From Verrucomicrobiota bacterium (lineage in GTDB: Bacteria; Verrucomicrobiota; Verrucomicrobiia; Chthoniobacterales; JAFAMB01), in contig JAFAMB010000069.1 of the NCBI GenBank assembly GCA_019233825.1, positions 1-41,715 of the forward strand: a stretch of DNA of 41,715 bases. The letters run 5' to 3'. The first letter of the stretch is position 1. Each line of letters begins with the position of its first letter. The notes below the pieces were generated by a model. It was not told where the DNA came from. It saw only the letters and a list, made by a program, of their open reading frames with translations, and ran no database searches. The position numbers were made by a program, and so were the translations under genes. Of the stretch, positions 1-9,012 are shown piece after piece.

Positions 1-488
1 AATCCTACGACGCTTGCCGGCATTGCGCCTTCGCTCGAACCGCCCGGACTAAATATCCTCACCTCAGCAGTGCTGAGTTGCAGTTTGGAGGCGTCCCCCG
101 GTAATCGCAAGGTCGCGTCGACAAAGGCTTTTACCGAGGAATTTGACCGCACCGAAGCGAGACCCTGAAATTCACCCGGGTTGCCGCTGCCCGAAATATC
201 CCCCTGAGCATACACCTTCAATTCCGGATGGCTAACCGGATTCCATCGTTCTTGCAGAGCAAGAGTCGTTTTCACCGGGGCGCGAACGACGTAGGCGGTT
301 TCAACCGACAACCCGCGTGCAAAACTCATTGCGGGCCCTTTAGAAGCTAAAACATCGCCGCCGGCCAACTTCCCAAGATCAGCATCTTTGAACACCGATA
401 AGGACCGAAGATCGGTAATCGGGTCCGCCTTGCTTATTAATATTGGTCCTAACACGCTGATCGCGACCGCCAAAACCGAACAAAACAT
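1..488 (-). CDS. Hypothetical secreted protein, N-terminal part. The gene runs off the left window edge.
   Basis: This ORF is absent from the ORF track because no stop codon lies in the window. My manual minus-strand translation starts at an ATG (plus-strand CAT at 486-488). It reads MFCSVLAVAISVLGPILISKADPITDLRSLSVFKDADLGKLAGGDVLASKGPAMSFARGLSVETAYVVRAPVKTTLALQERWNPV... and stays open to position 1. The N-terminus is hydrophobic and looks like a signal peptide. I recognise no family. The frame also stays open upstream of this ATG, so the start is uncertain. Confidence 0.4.
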   Translation of the reverse strand, partial: MFCSVLAVAISVLGPILISKADPITDLRSLSVFKDADLGKLAGGDVLASKGPAMSFARGLSVETAYVVRAPVKTTLALQERWNPVSHPELKVYAQGDISGSGNPGEFQGLASVRSNSSVKAFVDATLRLPGDASKLQLSTAEVRIFSPGGSSEGAMPASVVG

Positions 489-572
489 GCTGTGCGCGGC
501 ACGACGTCCTTCAATTACGAGATTCGCTGTTCTCAAAGCTTGGCACGATACCCTTGCCCCTCCTGAGCGTCA

Positions 573-620
573 ACCGGCGTCTCGGCGTCTCGGCGTCTCG
601 GCGTCTCGGCGTGCCGGCGT
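573..620. repeat. Tandem octamer array of CTCGGCGT-type units
   Basis: There are four perfect CTCGGCGT units at 581-612. They are flanked by degenerate units ACCGGCGT (573-580) and GCCGGCGT (613-620). The array is the reverse complement of the array at 791-835. Confidence 0.9.
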
Positions 621-746
621 ATTAGCGGTGAGCGGTAAAAGGAACCGCTAAGAATGAATGCGAGGGGAACGGCGAAGGTCGAACAGTCCCAGTGACAGTG
701 GCGATAGCCTGAAACGTAAACCACCCGGGTTCGCGCTTTCGGCAGT

Positions 747-790
747 CTCCTCTCCCTTTCACCTTTCACTTTTCACTTCACTCTCCCGAC
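747..790. repeat. 44-bp pyrimidine-rich block built from heptamers, copy 1
   Basis: The sequence is ctcctctccctttcacctttcacttttcacttcactctcccgac. It matches 838-881 at 43 of 44 positions. Internally it shows 7-bp periodicity (CCTTTCA CCTTTCA CTTTTCA CTTCACT). Confidence 0.9.
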
Positions 791-835
791 ACCGAGACGC
801 CGAGACGCCGAGACGCCGATACGCCGACACGCCGG
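791..835. repeat. Octamer array in inverted orientation relative to 573-620
   Basis: The array holds three perfect CCGAGACG units (792-815), then CCGATACG, CCGACACG and a partial unit. CCGAGACG is the reverse complement of CGTCTCGG, which lies within the left array. Confidence 0.9.
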
Positions 836-837
836 CT

Positions 838-894
838 CTCCTCTCCCTTTCACCTTTCACCTTTCACTTCACTCTCCCGACGCCGAGACGCCGG
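838..894. repeat. Tandem second copy of the 44-bp block plus a contracted octamer remnant
   Basis: 838-881 repeats 747-790 with one mismatch. 882-894 (gccgagacgccgg) is a shortened version of the 791-835 array. Confidence 0.9.
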
Positions 895-994
895 CTCTCA
901 CGGTCTGCCGCTACGCAGACGTCGTTTGCGCCGGTCCACCCTTTCGATTTTTTGTTGGCGCCCTCCTTGCTCTTACCTATGTTCATCCCGCCCT

Positions 995-2836
995 ATGGAA
1001 CCTGATTTGCAATCATTGGTCGACGCCGGCAAACTAAGCGTCGAAGCTGCAGCCGCGTTAGACCAGCTGAAGCCGCAAACCTTTTGCCTCCACAAAAGTT
1101 GGGGGTTCGGACAAATAAGCGGTTGGAACCTGCTTTTGAATCAGATTGTAGTCGACTTCGACACAAAGAAGAATCATCCGATGCAGCTGCAGTATGCCGC
1201 TGAAACCCTTCAAGCGTTACCCGACTCGCACATTTTCGTGCGCAAAGTCAAGGAGACCGCCGTCCTCCGCGACTTCGCAGAGAATGACGTCCCACAACTG
1301 GTCGAGCTCGTTTTACAGAGCTTCGGTGGCAAAGCGACCCAGGAACAGTTGCAAAGAGCCCTCTCGCCGGAGGTTGTCTCTGAGGGCGATTTTAAGAAGT
1401 GGTGGGACAACGCCAAAAAGGCCTTGCGGAAAGATGGACGATTTTCCTTGCCGGCCAGAAAGGCCGAACCGATAACCATGCGCGATGGATCAGTCTCCTT
1501 CCTGGACGAGCTGATCACTTCATTTCAAAAAGCGCATCGGCTGAAGGAACAGCTGAATTCTCTCGACCAGATCCTGAAGAATCCCGACGCGTTTGTGGGC
1601 AAAGAGAAAGAGCTGCAGCCACTCGTTTCCCAGATTGAAGAGATCGCAACCCGGAACCAGCGCCTGAACCCCTCTCAGGCCATCGAGCTTTTGGTTTCTC
1701 GTGAGGAGCTTTGCGCAAAGCTGACCGAGCTCAAGAAGGGGGCAATCGCGCTTTCCGATTTGTTGCGAGAGCATGAACAGAAGCTCGGTGAAATTATCTC
1801 TCGCGTACCCGCCAACAAACAGCGTCGGGTGCTGGTCGAATTTCCTCAGGCTTTTCCTGGCGATTGGGTTGCCCGCCTGATCGCGATTGTTCAACTGGCG
1901 GGGTTTCGCCTCATCGGAGAGATCGCAAAAACCCTCGTGGAGCATGGTCAAACCGAAGAGCTTCGTCAGACGCTTAACCGCACCATAAAAGAACACTCGA
2001 TTTCCTCAGAGGCGCTGTACTGGCTTTGCAAGGAACGTGGCGCCGGTGCTTTTGCCGACCTGATCGACTCTGAACTGATGACCTCTATCTTGAGCGCTCT
2101 AGAGCGCGATCAATTCAACGAAAATCGGCGTGGGTCGAGGCTGCACGATCTATTGATCGACGACCGGGATCTCGTTTCGGACCTTATGATCAACGCTCCC
2201 TTGGCCCAGGCCCGTGACCTGATGCGCCGGATGATGTTAACACCGGCCATTGAAGAGCTCAATAAGAGATCGCTCATGGCGCGGATGATCAAGACCCATC
2301 CCGAACTACAGTCAATGTTGACCGGCGACTCCGAGGACAAGGAGACGGCACTGATTGTGTCCTGGGCCAGTCTGCAGAAACGAAAGGATGAATACGACGA
2401 CTTGATCACCAGGAAAATCCCGGAGAACACTAAAGAAATCGGCGTCGCTCGCTCCTACGGTGATCTTCGGGAAAACTTTGAGTTTAAAGCCGCCAAGGAA
2501 ATGCAGACAGTGCTAATGAGGCGCAAGGCCGAACTCGAGCACATGCTGGCTAGAGCACGTGGATCTAACTTCGAAAACGCGGACGTCTCCCAAGTTTCCA
2601 TCGGCACAAAGGTCACGCTCCGTGAAAACGGTTCCGGCGAGATGCTCGAGTACAAAATTCTTGGTGCATGGGACAGCGCACCGGAACGGCATATAGTCTC
2701 TTACCAAACCGCCATCGGGCAAGCATTGCTCGGCAAGAAACCTGGCCAGATGGTCGAGCTGCCCACCGAAACAGGCAGCCGCCACGTCGAGATTATCGAG
2801 ATTGAGGCGTACAACGCTGCCCAAGTCGCACCGTAG
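995..2836 (+). CDS. greA: GreA/GreB-family transcript cleavage factor with a roughly 455-aa N-terminal extension (613 aa)
   Basis: This lies in track ORF 926..2836. I place the start at the first ATG (995), giving MEPDLQSLVD.... The C-terminal ~155 aa align by eye to a complete GreA. YGDLRENFEFKAAKEMQ corresponds to E. coli HGDLKENAEYHAAREQQ, with the acidic D and E retained. This is followed by an FKBP-like C-terminal domain (IGTKVTLRENGSGEMLEYKILG...SYQTAIGQALLGKKPGQMVELP). I do not recognise the N-terminal part. Confidence 0.8.
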   Translation: MEPDLQSLVDAGKLSVEAAAALDQLKPQTFCLHKSWGFGQISGWNLLLNQIVVDFDTKKNHPMQLQYAAETLQALPDSHIFVRKVKETAVLRDFAENDVPQLVELVLQSFGGKATQEQLQRALSPEVVSEGDFKKWWDNAKKALRKDGRFSLPARKAEPITMRDGSVSFLDELITSFQKAHRLKEQLNSLDQILKNPDAFVGKEKELQPLVSQIEEIATRNQRLNPSQAIELLVSREELCAKLTELKKGAIALSDLLREHEQKLGEIISRVPANKQRRVLVEFPQAFPGDWVARLIAIVQLAGFRLIGEIAKTLVEHGQTEELRQTLNRTIKEHSISSEALYWLCKERGAGAFADLIDSELMTSILSALERDQFNENRRGSRLHDLLIDDRDLVSDLMINAPLAQARDLMRRMMLTPAIEELNKRSLMARMIKTHPELQSMLTGDSEDKETALIVSWASLQKRKDEYDDLITRKIPENTKEIGVARSYGDLRENFEFKAAKEMQTVLMRRKAELEHMLARARGSNFENADVSQVSIGTKVTLRENGSGEMLEYKILGAWDSAPERHIVSYQTAIGQALLGKKPGQMVELPTETGSRHVEIIEIEAYNAAQVAP

Positions 2837-2853
2837 GGATGCGCTCCCGCCCC

Positions 2854-2891
2854 CTACCGGCTTGGGTCCCATTACCCCAAAAAGCCGGTAG
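2854..2891 (+). other. Stem-loop between greA-like and eno (10-bp perfect stem)
   Basis: ctaccggctt (2854-2863) pairs perfectly with aagccggtag (2882-2891) around an 18-nt loop. It is preceded by GGATGCGCTCCCGC (2837-2850), the exact reverse complement of 34838-34851. No U-tract follows. Confidence 0.6.
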
Positions 2892-2917
2892 AATTACTAT
2901 GAAGCCTTGCGGCTTAG

Positions 2918-4225
<1,308 letters not shown>

Positions 4226-4573
4226 GTGAGACGCGGCTCGGTGTACGATGATTATGACGGACCCAAAGATGACTGGATCCGTTCACTGCTGAACAGGATC
4301 CTGTATCTTCTGGTTTTCGTCGCCGCATTCATTCTTTTGATTTGCTGGTTCCTTCCACTGGTAAAGGAACAACAGCGTCAGCAGCGCGCCTTGCAGGCTT
4401 TAAAGCAACAGGTCGAACAGGAGAAAATAAACTACAACAAACAAAGCAAAAAGCTGATGCTGTTGCAAAACGATCCCGCTTACACGGAGCTCTTGGCGCG
4501 AGATAAGCTGGATCTGATGAAACCCGGTGAAACCATCTTCAGGATGGATCCGGCTCCGGGCAGTAACCCGTAG
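4226..4573 (+). CDS. ftsB: Septum formation initiator, FtsB/DivIC family
   Basis: The protein has one N-terminal TM helix (LLVFVAAFILLICWFLPL), then a coiled coil, then the family motif LQNDPAYTELLARDKLDLMKPGETIF. The eno-ftsB linkage is common in bacteria. A GTG start directly abuts the eno stop. An alternative GTG lies at 4241. Confidence 0.8.
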   Translation: MRRGSVYDDYDGPKDDWIRSLLNRILYLLVFVAAFILLICWFLPLVKEQQRQQRALQALKQQVEQEKINYNKQSKKLMLLQNDPAYTELLARDKLDLMKPGETIFRMDPAPGSNP

Positions 4574-4629
4574 TACCGCTTGGCAAGTCCCGTCGGATTT
4601 GCCTGCCCACTAGTGTCTGTCTTGACCTG

Positions 4630-4675
4630 GCCTGCATCGCTCACAAATCCTTAGAGATTTGTGAACGATGCAGGC
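4630..4675. repeat. Palindromic element family P, copy 1 (20-bp arms, 1 mismatch)
   Basis: The left arm is gcctgcatcgctcacaaatc (4630-4649), the loop is cttaga, and the right arm is gatttgtgaacgatgcaggc (4656-4675). It sits downstream of ftsB. Confidence 0.9.
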
Positions 4676-4702
4676 TAAGGACCTCAGATCAACACCAAGC
4701 AA

Positions 4703-5323
4703 ATGAATGAATCTGAATGGGGCTCGTTCTGTGAGTCGGTACTCGAAATCCGGCGCGGCGCCTTTATGCGGGAAATGGAAGGACGGCCTCGAACGAAAGG
4801 TTCTATGGGCTTTTTTGATTCGGCTGTGTTGCTTGCGTTGGTCCGAAAGTTCGCGCCACGCGTTTGTGTTGAGACCGGTGGTAATCTCGGGATGTCCTCA
4901 TCCTTTATCCTGCAGGGAATGCGCGAAGCCGGAGTGCAGGACGGAAAGCTGTTCAGCGTCGAGTCCGACCCGAACTGTCCGGTTGGCTCAATGATTCCGG
5001 AGAGACTCAAGACCGGTTACTATCCGATGCTCGGGGATGTGAAACTGTTCATGAAAAAGAACGCATTCCCGGAACAGATCGACTTATTTTTGCATGATAG
5101 CTCACATCGCTACAAGTATCAGTATTTGGAGTTTCAATATTTCTGGAAGAAACTTAAACCCAACGGTGTTCTGGTTTCGCACGATGTCGACTTCAACGCC
5201 TCCTTCGTCGATTTTGTGTCCACCACCTACAAACATGACAAGATAGGTGTCACCGACAAAGCGCGGACGACACACAGCCTGTGGGCCTGTCTCGGAAAAA
5301 TCGCATTCATGGTCAAGGCGTAG
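4703..5323 (+). CDS. Class I SAM-dependent methyltransferase (CmcI / Methyltransf_24-like)
   Basis: The 206-aa ORF has a Rossmann-type motif I region VCVETGGNLGMSSSF, an acidic strand-2 end (FSVESD), and DLFLHDSSHRY plus GVLVSHDV, which are typical of this sugar/O-methyltransferase clade. The assignment rests on pattern recognition only. Confidence 0.65.
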   Translation: MNESEWGSFCESVLEIRRGAFMREMEGRPRTKGSMGFFDSAVLLALVRKFAPRVCVETGGNLGMSSSFILQGMREAGVQDGKLFSVESDPNCPVGSMIPERLKTGYYPMLGDVKLFMKKNAFPEQIDLFLHDSSHRYKYQYLEFQYFWKKLKPNGVLVSHDVDFNASFVDFVSTTYKHDKIGVTDKARTTHSLWACLGKIAFMVKA

Positions 5324-5373
5324 AAAGACTTATTCATTGCGCGCTCCAAACGCGTCGCTTATCGTGCAGGCCC

Positions 5374-6561
5374 GTGAACCGGCGGTTGGGCTACCTCTTC
5401 GCACGATTCCCAGTGTTTACTCAGACGTTCTGCGTTCGCGAAGTCGCCGAACTCTACCGACAAGGGTTTATGCCGCCGGTGTTCTCGATCCTTCGTCCCG
5501 CCGATGAGCGCCCCCTCAGCATTCCCTTGGACCACATTCCGATTTATTATCTGCCAAATACGAACAGCTTCGCGTTCAAACTCAGGGCGGCGCTCACCGC
5601 CTCTCCTCACCTGAGGAAACTTTGGTCCGGATCGGGCGACAGGAGGGACCGAGGGCGATTTCGGGAAGCTGTCCACCTCGGACCTAAACTCCGGGAAGCT
5701 GGCATCTCGCACCTTCACGTCCATTTCGCAAGCCTGGCCGCACGGACGGCCTGGTGGCTGAAGCGTCTGTATGGGATCACTTACAGCTTCACAGGGCACG
5801 CCAACGATATTTTCTGTCCGAAACCGAATCAACGCGTGACGTTGGGAGACATCATCACAGACGCTTCCTTGATCATTACCGCCAGCGATTATAGTGCAAA
5901 CTTGCTCCGCCGCGATTATCCTGAGGCAAACACGAAAATCTTTCGAATTTATAACGGCTTGGATCCTTCCATCTTTCGACCGGCAATTCCCAAGGTTAAC
6001 CCTCTGAAACTGTTGTCGGTCGGTCGACTGATTGAGAAAAAAGGCTTCCCGTTTCTCATCGAAGCTTGCGCGCTGCTTCGTTCCTCCGGAGTTAACTTTG
6101 AATGCCTTATCGCCGGCGCAGGACCGGAACGCGATCGACTGGAAAACTTGATCCAGGTGAATCACCTTTCCAACCAAATTCGATTGCTGGGCGCGATGTC
6201 GCAGGCGGAAATCTCGGAACTCTTAGCAAGGAGTTCCCTGTTTGTTTTTCCGGGGATCCATGATAGCTCCGGCGACATGGACAATCTTCCGACTGTCATT
6301 ATCGAAGCGATGGCGAGCGGTCTGCCCATCGTGGCAACCGAAATCGGCGGTATCCCAGAGATTGTTCAACACGAGCGAAATGGAACAATCGTACCCGAAA
6401 AGGATAGTGTCCGACTCGCTCAAGCCATAGCGGTTTTAGGTTCAAACCAGGCTCTGCTCGAACAATATGGTGTCGCCTCGCGCGAGATCGTCCTACGGAA
6501 GTTTTCTCTTAGCGATACCGTAGCAGAACTTAAAAGTCTTCTAATACGTTGCCTTGGCTGA
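5374..6561 (+). CDS. Glycosyltransferase family 4 (WcaL-like)
   Basis: This lies in track ORF 5281..6561. I prefer the GTG at 5374 (VNRRLGYLFARFPVFTQTFCVREV...). That start matches the usual N-terminus of this GT4 subgroup and removes the overlap with the upstream gene. The C-terminal GT1-type domain reads GRLIEKKGF...FPG...DNLPTVIIEAMASGLPIVATEIGGIPEIV. Confidence 0.8.
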   Translation: MNRRLGYLFARFPVFTQTFCVREVAELYRQGFMPPVFSILRPADERPLSIPLDHIPIYYLPNTNSFAFKLRAALTASPHLRKLWSGSGDRRDRGRFREAVHLGPKLREAGISHLHVHFASLAARTAWWLKRLYGITYSFTGHANDIFCPKPNQRVTLGDIITDASLIITASDYSANLLRRDYPEANTKIFRIYNGLDPSIFRPAIPKVNPLKLLSVGRLIEKKGFPFLIEACALLRSSGVNFECLIAGAGPERDRLENLIQVNHLSNQIRLLGAMSQAEISELLARSSLFVFPGIHDSSGDMDNLPTVIIEAMASGLPIVATEIGGIPEIVQHERNGTIVPEKDSVRLAQAIAVLGSNQALLEQYGVASREIVLRKFSLSDTVAELKSLLIRCLG

Positions 6562-6591
6562 GCCTAGCCCGCAAAAATCCCGCAAAGGCCT

Positions 6592-6641
6592 GAGCCTGCA
6601 TCGCTCACAAATCTTTAGAGATTTGTGAGCGATGCAGGCTC
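6592..6641. repeat. Palindromic element family P, copy 2. It has a perfect 23-bp stem and a 4-nt loop, and is a putative bidirectional terminator.
   Basis: gagcctgcatcgctcacaaatct (6592-6614) pairs with agatttgtgagcgatgcaggctc (6619-6641) around a ttag loop. It lies between two convergent glycosyltransferase genes. Confidence 0.9.
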
Positions 6642-6670
6642 GTAGAGTTGGGAAATCGCAGCAGATCCGT

Positions 6671-7822
6671 CTACCTTTTGCGCTCCATGGCCTCGAAATA
6701 GGCCGACTCGAGGGTCTCGATCTGACGAGTCTGTTCAAATTCACACCGCACAGCCTGCGAAGCCGCTTGCCCCATCTTTCTCCAGAGCGCTGGGTCTCGG
6801 GCGAGCTTGAAGAGGGATTCGGTCAATGCTGCATCGTCGCGCTCAGCGGTCAAGAAGCCATTCAGTCCATCTGTCACTGCCTCTGGGATCCCACCATGCC
6901 GAGTAGCCACCACCGGCAGGCCGGTTGCCATCGCCTCGAGCATGGAATTGGGCACACCTTCCTGATTGGAATCAGGTTGCCGTTCGCTCGGATGGATGAA
7001 GATGTGCGCCATTTCGTACAAGCTGCGTAATTCCGGCTGGCTAAGAAAACCGGCAAATGTCACGGATTTGCGGAGATTGAGATCGTTCACCGAACGCTCC
7101 AGTTTCTCGCGCAGAGGTCCGTCGCCAGCGATTACAAAGCGCGACTTCGGAAACCTCTTTAAAAAGGTCGCAAATGCAGGCAGAGCCGTTGCTAATCCCT
7201 TTTTGGGGACCAATCGACAGGCCTGCACCAGTATCCAAGCGTCATCCTCCGGCTGTTCCCGCGGGAAATACGAAAACGCCTCCAAGGGGATGCCCGTCCG
7301 ATTCAAACGAATCTTTTCGGGGTCACAATCGAGCTCTCGCAAATGCATGGCGATAGATCGGCTTCGTACTAATATCAGCGATGCCAGTCGAAGGAGCCGT
7401 CGCAAATTAGCTTCATAACCTTGCTCCTTTACCCGGCGCTGAACATCCATTCCGTGGAAAGAAACGACCAAGGGCCGATCCCAACGTTCGACCAATGGAA
7501 GCAGATGAACTCCGGTATCTCCGAAATAGACGTGCATTAAATCCGGGTCGCGCCGGAGCAAAATCCGTCGGATGGCTTCGAACTCGCCCCGGTAGATCAA
7601 CGCCGGCTTTCGCAACAGATATTTGAGCATGCCGCGGCGCACAAAGTTCATGGGTGGGGTCTCGAGCACCTCCACGTCAGGGAACGGATAGCGGTCGGAG
7701 TTTTCTCTAAATTTAGTGATGACGAAAGTCCGGACTTGGCGCAGCGATGTGACCTGGCGGTAAATGTGGAGCATCTCCGCCTTGAGAAAGTAGGTACAAT
7801 AGCTGGCTACGACCGGTTTCAA
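6671..7822 (-). CDS. Glycosyltransferase family 4
   Basis: The 383-aa ORF has a C-terminal GT1-type domain (LVPKKGL...HPS...EGVPNSMLEAMATGLPVVATRHGGIPEAV). A TTG start lies 6 nt downstream of the obg stop. An alternative ATG lies at 7774. Confidence 0.8.
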   Translation of the reverse strand: MKPVVASYCTYFLKAEMLHIYRQVTSLRQVRTFVITKFRENSDRYPFPDVEVLETPPMNFVRRGMLKYLLRKPALIYRGEFEAIRRILLRRDPDLMHVYFGDTGVHLLPLVERWDRPLVVSFHGMDVQRRVKEQGYEANLRRLLRLASLILVRSRSIAMHLRELDCDPEKIRLNRTGIPLEAFSYFPREQPEDDAWILVQACRLVPKKGLATALPAFATFLKRFPKSRFVIAGDGPLREKLERSVNDLNLRKSVTFAGFLSQPELRSLYEMAHIFIHPSERQPDSNQEGVPNSMLEAMATGLPVVATRHGGIPEAVTDGLNGFLTAERDDAALTESLFKLARDPALWRKMGQAASQAVRCEFEQTRQIETLESAYFEAMERKR

Positions 7823-7828
7823 CTCTTT

Positions 7829-8893
7829 TTAAAGACTTAGGAGCTCCTGAAGCGCTCTCTTGAAATCCTCTATCCCGGTTCCGTTGACGGCGGCCATCGG
7901 CACCACCAACCTGTCGGAGAACCGTTTTCGGATCGCCGCCAAATTTTTTTCGGCGCCCGCAAGATCCATTTTATTGGCCACTATCATCCAGGGCCGTTGA
8001 CTGAGTATTGGATCATACAGATCAAGTTCACGTCGCAGAGTTCGAAGGTCTTCGATCGGGTCACGTCCTTCGCTTCCAGCTGCATCGAGAACAAAAATCA
8101 AAAGTTTACAGCGGACGATGTGGCGCAGAAAATCATGACCAAGTCCGACGTTCTTGTGGGCTCCAGCGATCAGGCCTGGAATATCCGCGAGTGTAGCCCG
8201 CTTGTATCCATCGAATTCCACAACGCCTACGACCGGATTCAGCGTTGTAAATGGATAAGGGGCAACCTTAGGATGCGCCGCAGAAATTCTGCCAAGCAGG
8301 GTCGACTTTCCCGCATTCGGGTAGCCCACAAAACCACCATCGGCAATCTTGCGAAGTTCCAGAAGAAAATAGCCTTCCTCCCCGGGTTCGCCCTCCGTGA
8401 ACTGCCTCGGCGCGCGGTTGGTAGAGCTTTTGAAATGAGTGTTCCCTTTCCCACCAGAGCCTCCCCGGCACAAAATTAGCTCTTCACCTTCGCGTACGAG
8501 ATCGGCGACCAACTCACAGTCTGCCGGCGCCATGACCAGCTTAGACGGAGGCCTATCCAGCATCTCTTCCGCCGGGGGACATCTGAGTGCTTGAGCGGGG
8601 ATCCGGTAAACCAGCGTGCCTACCGGCACCTTGTAGATTGCGTCTGTGCCAGCCTTACCGTACATGTTCTTGCCCATGCCGTGTTCGCCGCGGGTTGCCT
8701 TCAGCAGGGGTTGATAATAAAAATCCACAAGGTTGTCGGTATGTACATCCGCCCGAAGAATGATGTCACCCCCCTTGCCCCCATCGCCGCCGTTCGGGCC
8801 ACCTCTAGGCACAAATTTTTCTCGTCGAAAACTGACACATCCGTTTCCGCCATCACCGGCTTTTGCATGAATCCTGATCTGGTCGACGAACAT
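7829..8893 (-). CDS. obg: GTPase Obg/CgtA
   Basis: The N-terminus is glycine-rich, as in the Obg fold (AKAGDGGNGCVSFRREKFVPRGGPNGGDGGKGGDI). The G motifs are GYPNAGKST, DIPG and NKMD. A segment of about 30 aa, not present in E. coli Obg, lies inside the Obg fold (ALRCPPAEEMLDRPPSKLVMAPADCELVADL). Confidence 0.95.
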   Translation of the reverse strand: MFVDQIRIHAKAGDGGNGCVSFRREKFVPRGGPNGGDGGKGGDIILRADVHTDNLVDFYYQPLLKATRGEHGMGKNMYGKAGTDAIYKVPVGTLVYRIPAQALRCPPAEEMLDRPPSKLVMAPADCELVADLVREGEELILCRGGSGGKGNTHFKSSTNRAPRQFTEGEPGEEGYFLLELRKIADGGFVGYPNAGKSTLLGRISAAHPKVAPYPFTTLNPVVGVVEFDGYKRATLADIPGLIAGAHKNVGLGHDFLRHIVRCKLLIFVLDAAGSEGRDPIEDLRTLRRELDLYDPILSQRPWMIVANKMDLAGAEKNLAAIRKRFSDRLVVPMAAVNGTGIEDFKRALQELLSL

Positions 8894-8904
8894 GGACTAA
8901 AACC

Positions 8905-8932
8905 GGTTTTGGGTTTTGGGTTTTGGGTTTTG
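8905..8932. repeat. Heptamer array (GGTTTTG x4), left arm of an inverted pair
   Basis: Four perfect GGTTTTG units lie at 8905-8932. They are complementary to the CCCAAAA units at 9027-9047. Confidence 0.9.
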
Positions 8933-9012
8933 AGTGACCGTGGCGTAGCGGGAGCTCCGGTTTTTTGCTTGCCTTGGCGGCCAATCGTGAAAAGGCGCCG
9001 GAGCCTTCGCTA

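Noticed and set aside
573-835. The possibility that the arrays act as phase-variation (contingency) switches.
   Set aside because: The flanking genes are core housekeeping genes (greA-like, obg, argC, thrS), for which on/off switching is implausible. The unit-number difference between tandem copies does show slippage, but I cannot support any link to expression from the sequence.
388-1005. Track ORFs 388..651, 533..769 and 658..1005, which cover the spacer upstream of the greA-like gene.
   Set aside because: Their translations are periodic low-complexity strings, such as RRLGVSASRRLGV and RDAETPRRRDAETP. These strings are generated by the octamer and heptamer arrays in all frames. They are repeat artefacts, not genes.
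5359-6177. Long antisense or out-of-frame ORFs inside confident genes. They are 5359..6177, 18617..19414, 21478..22206, 31664..32305, 37074..37652, 38631..39230, 26809..27390 and 26997..27554.
   Set aside because: Each overlaps a gene with clear family motifs on the other strand or in another frame. None shows a recognisable domain.
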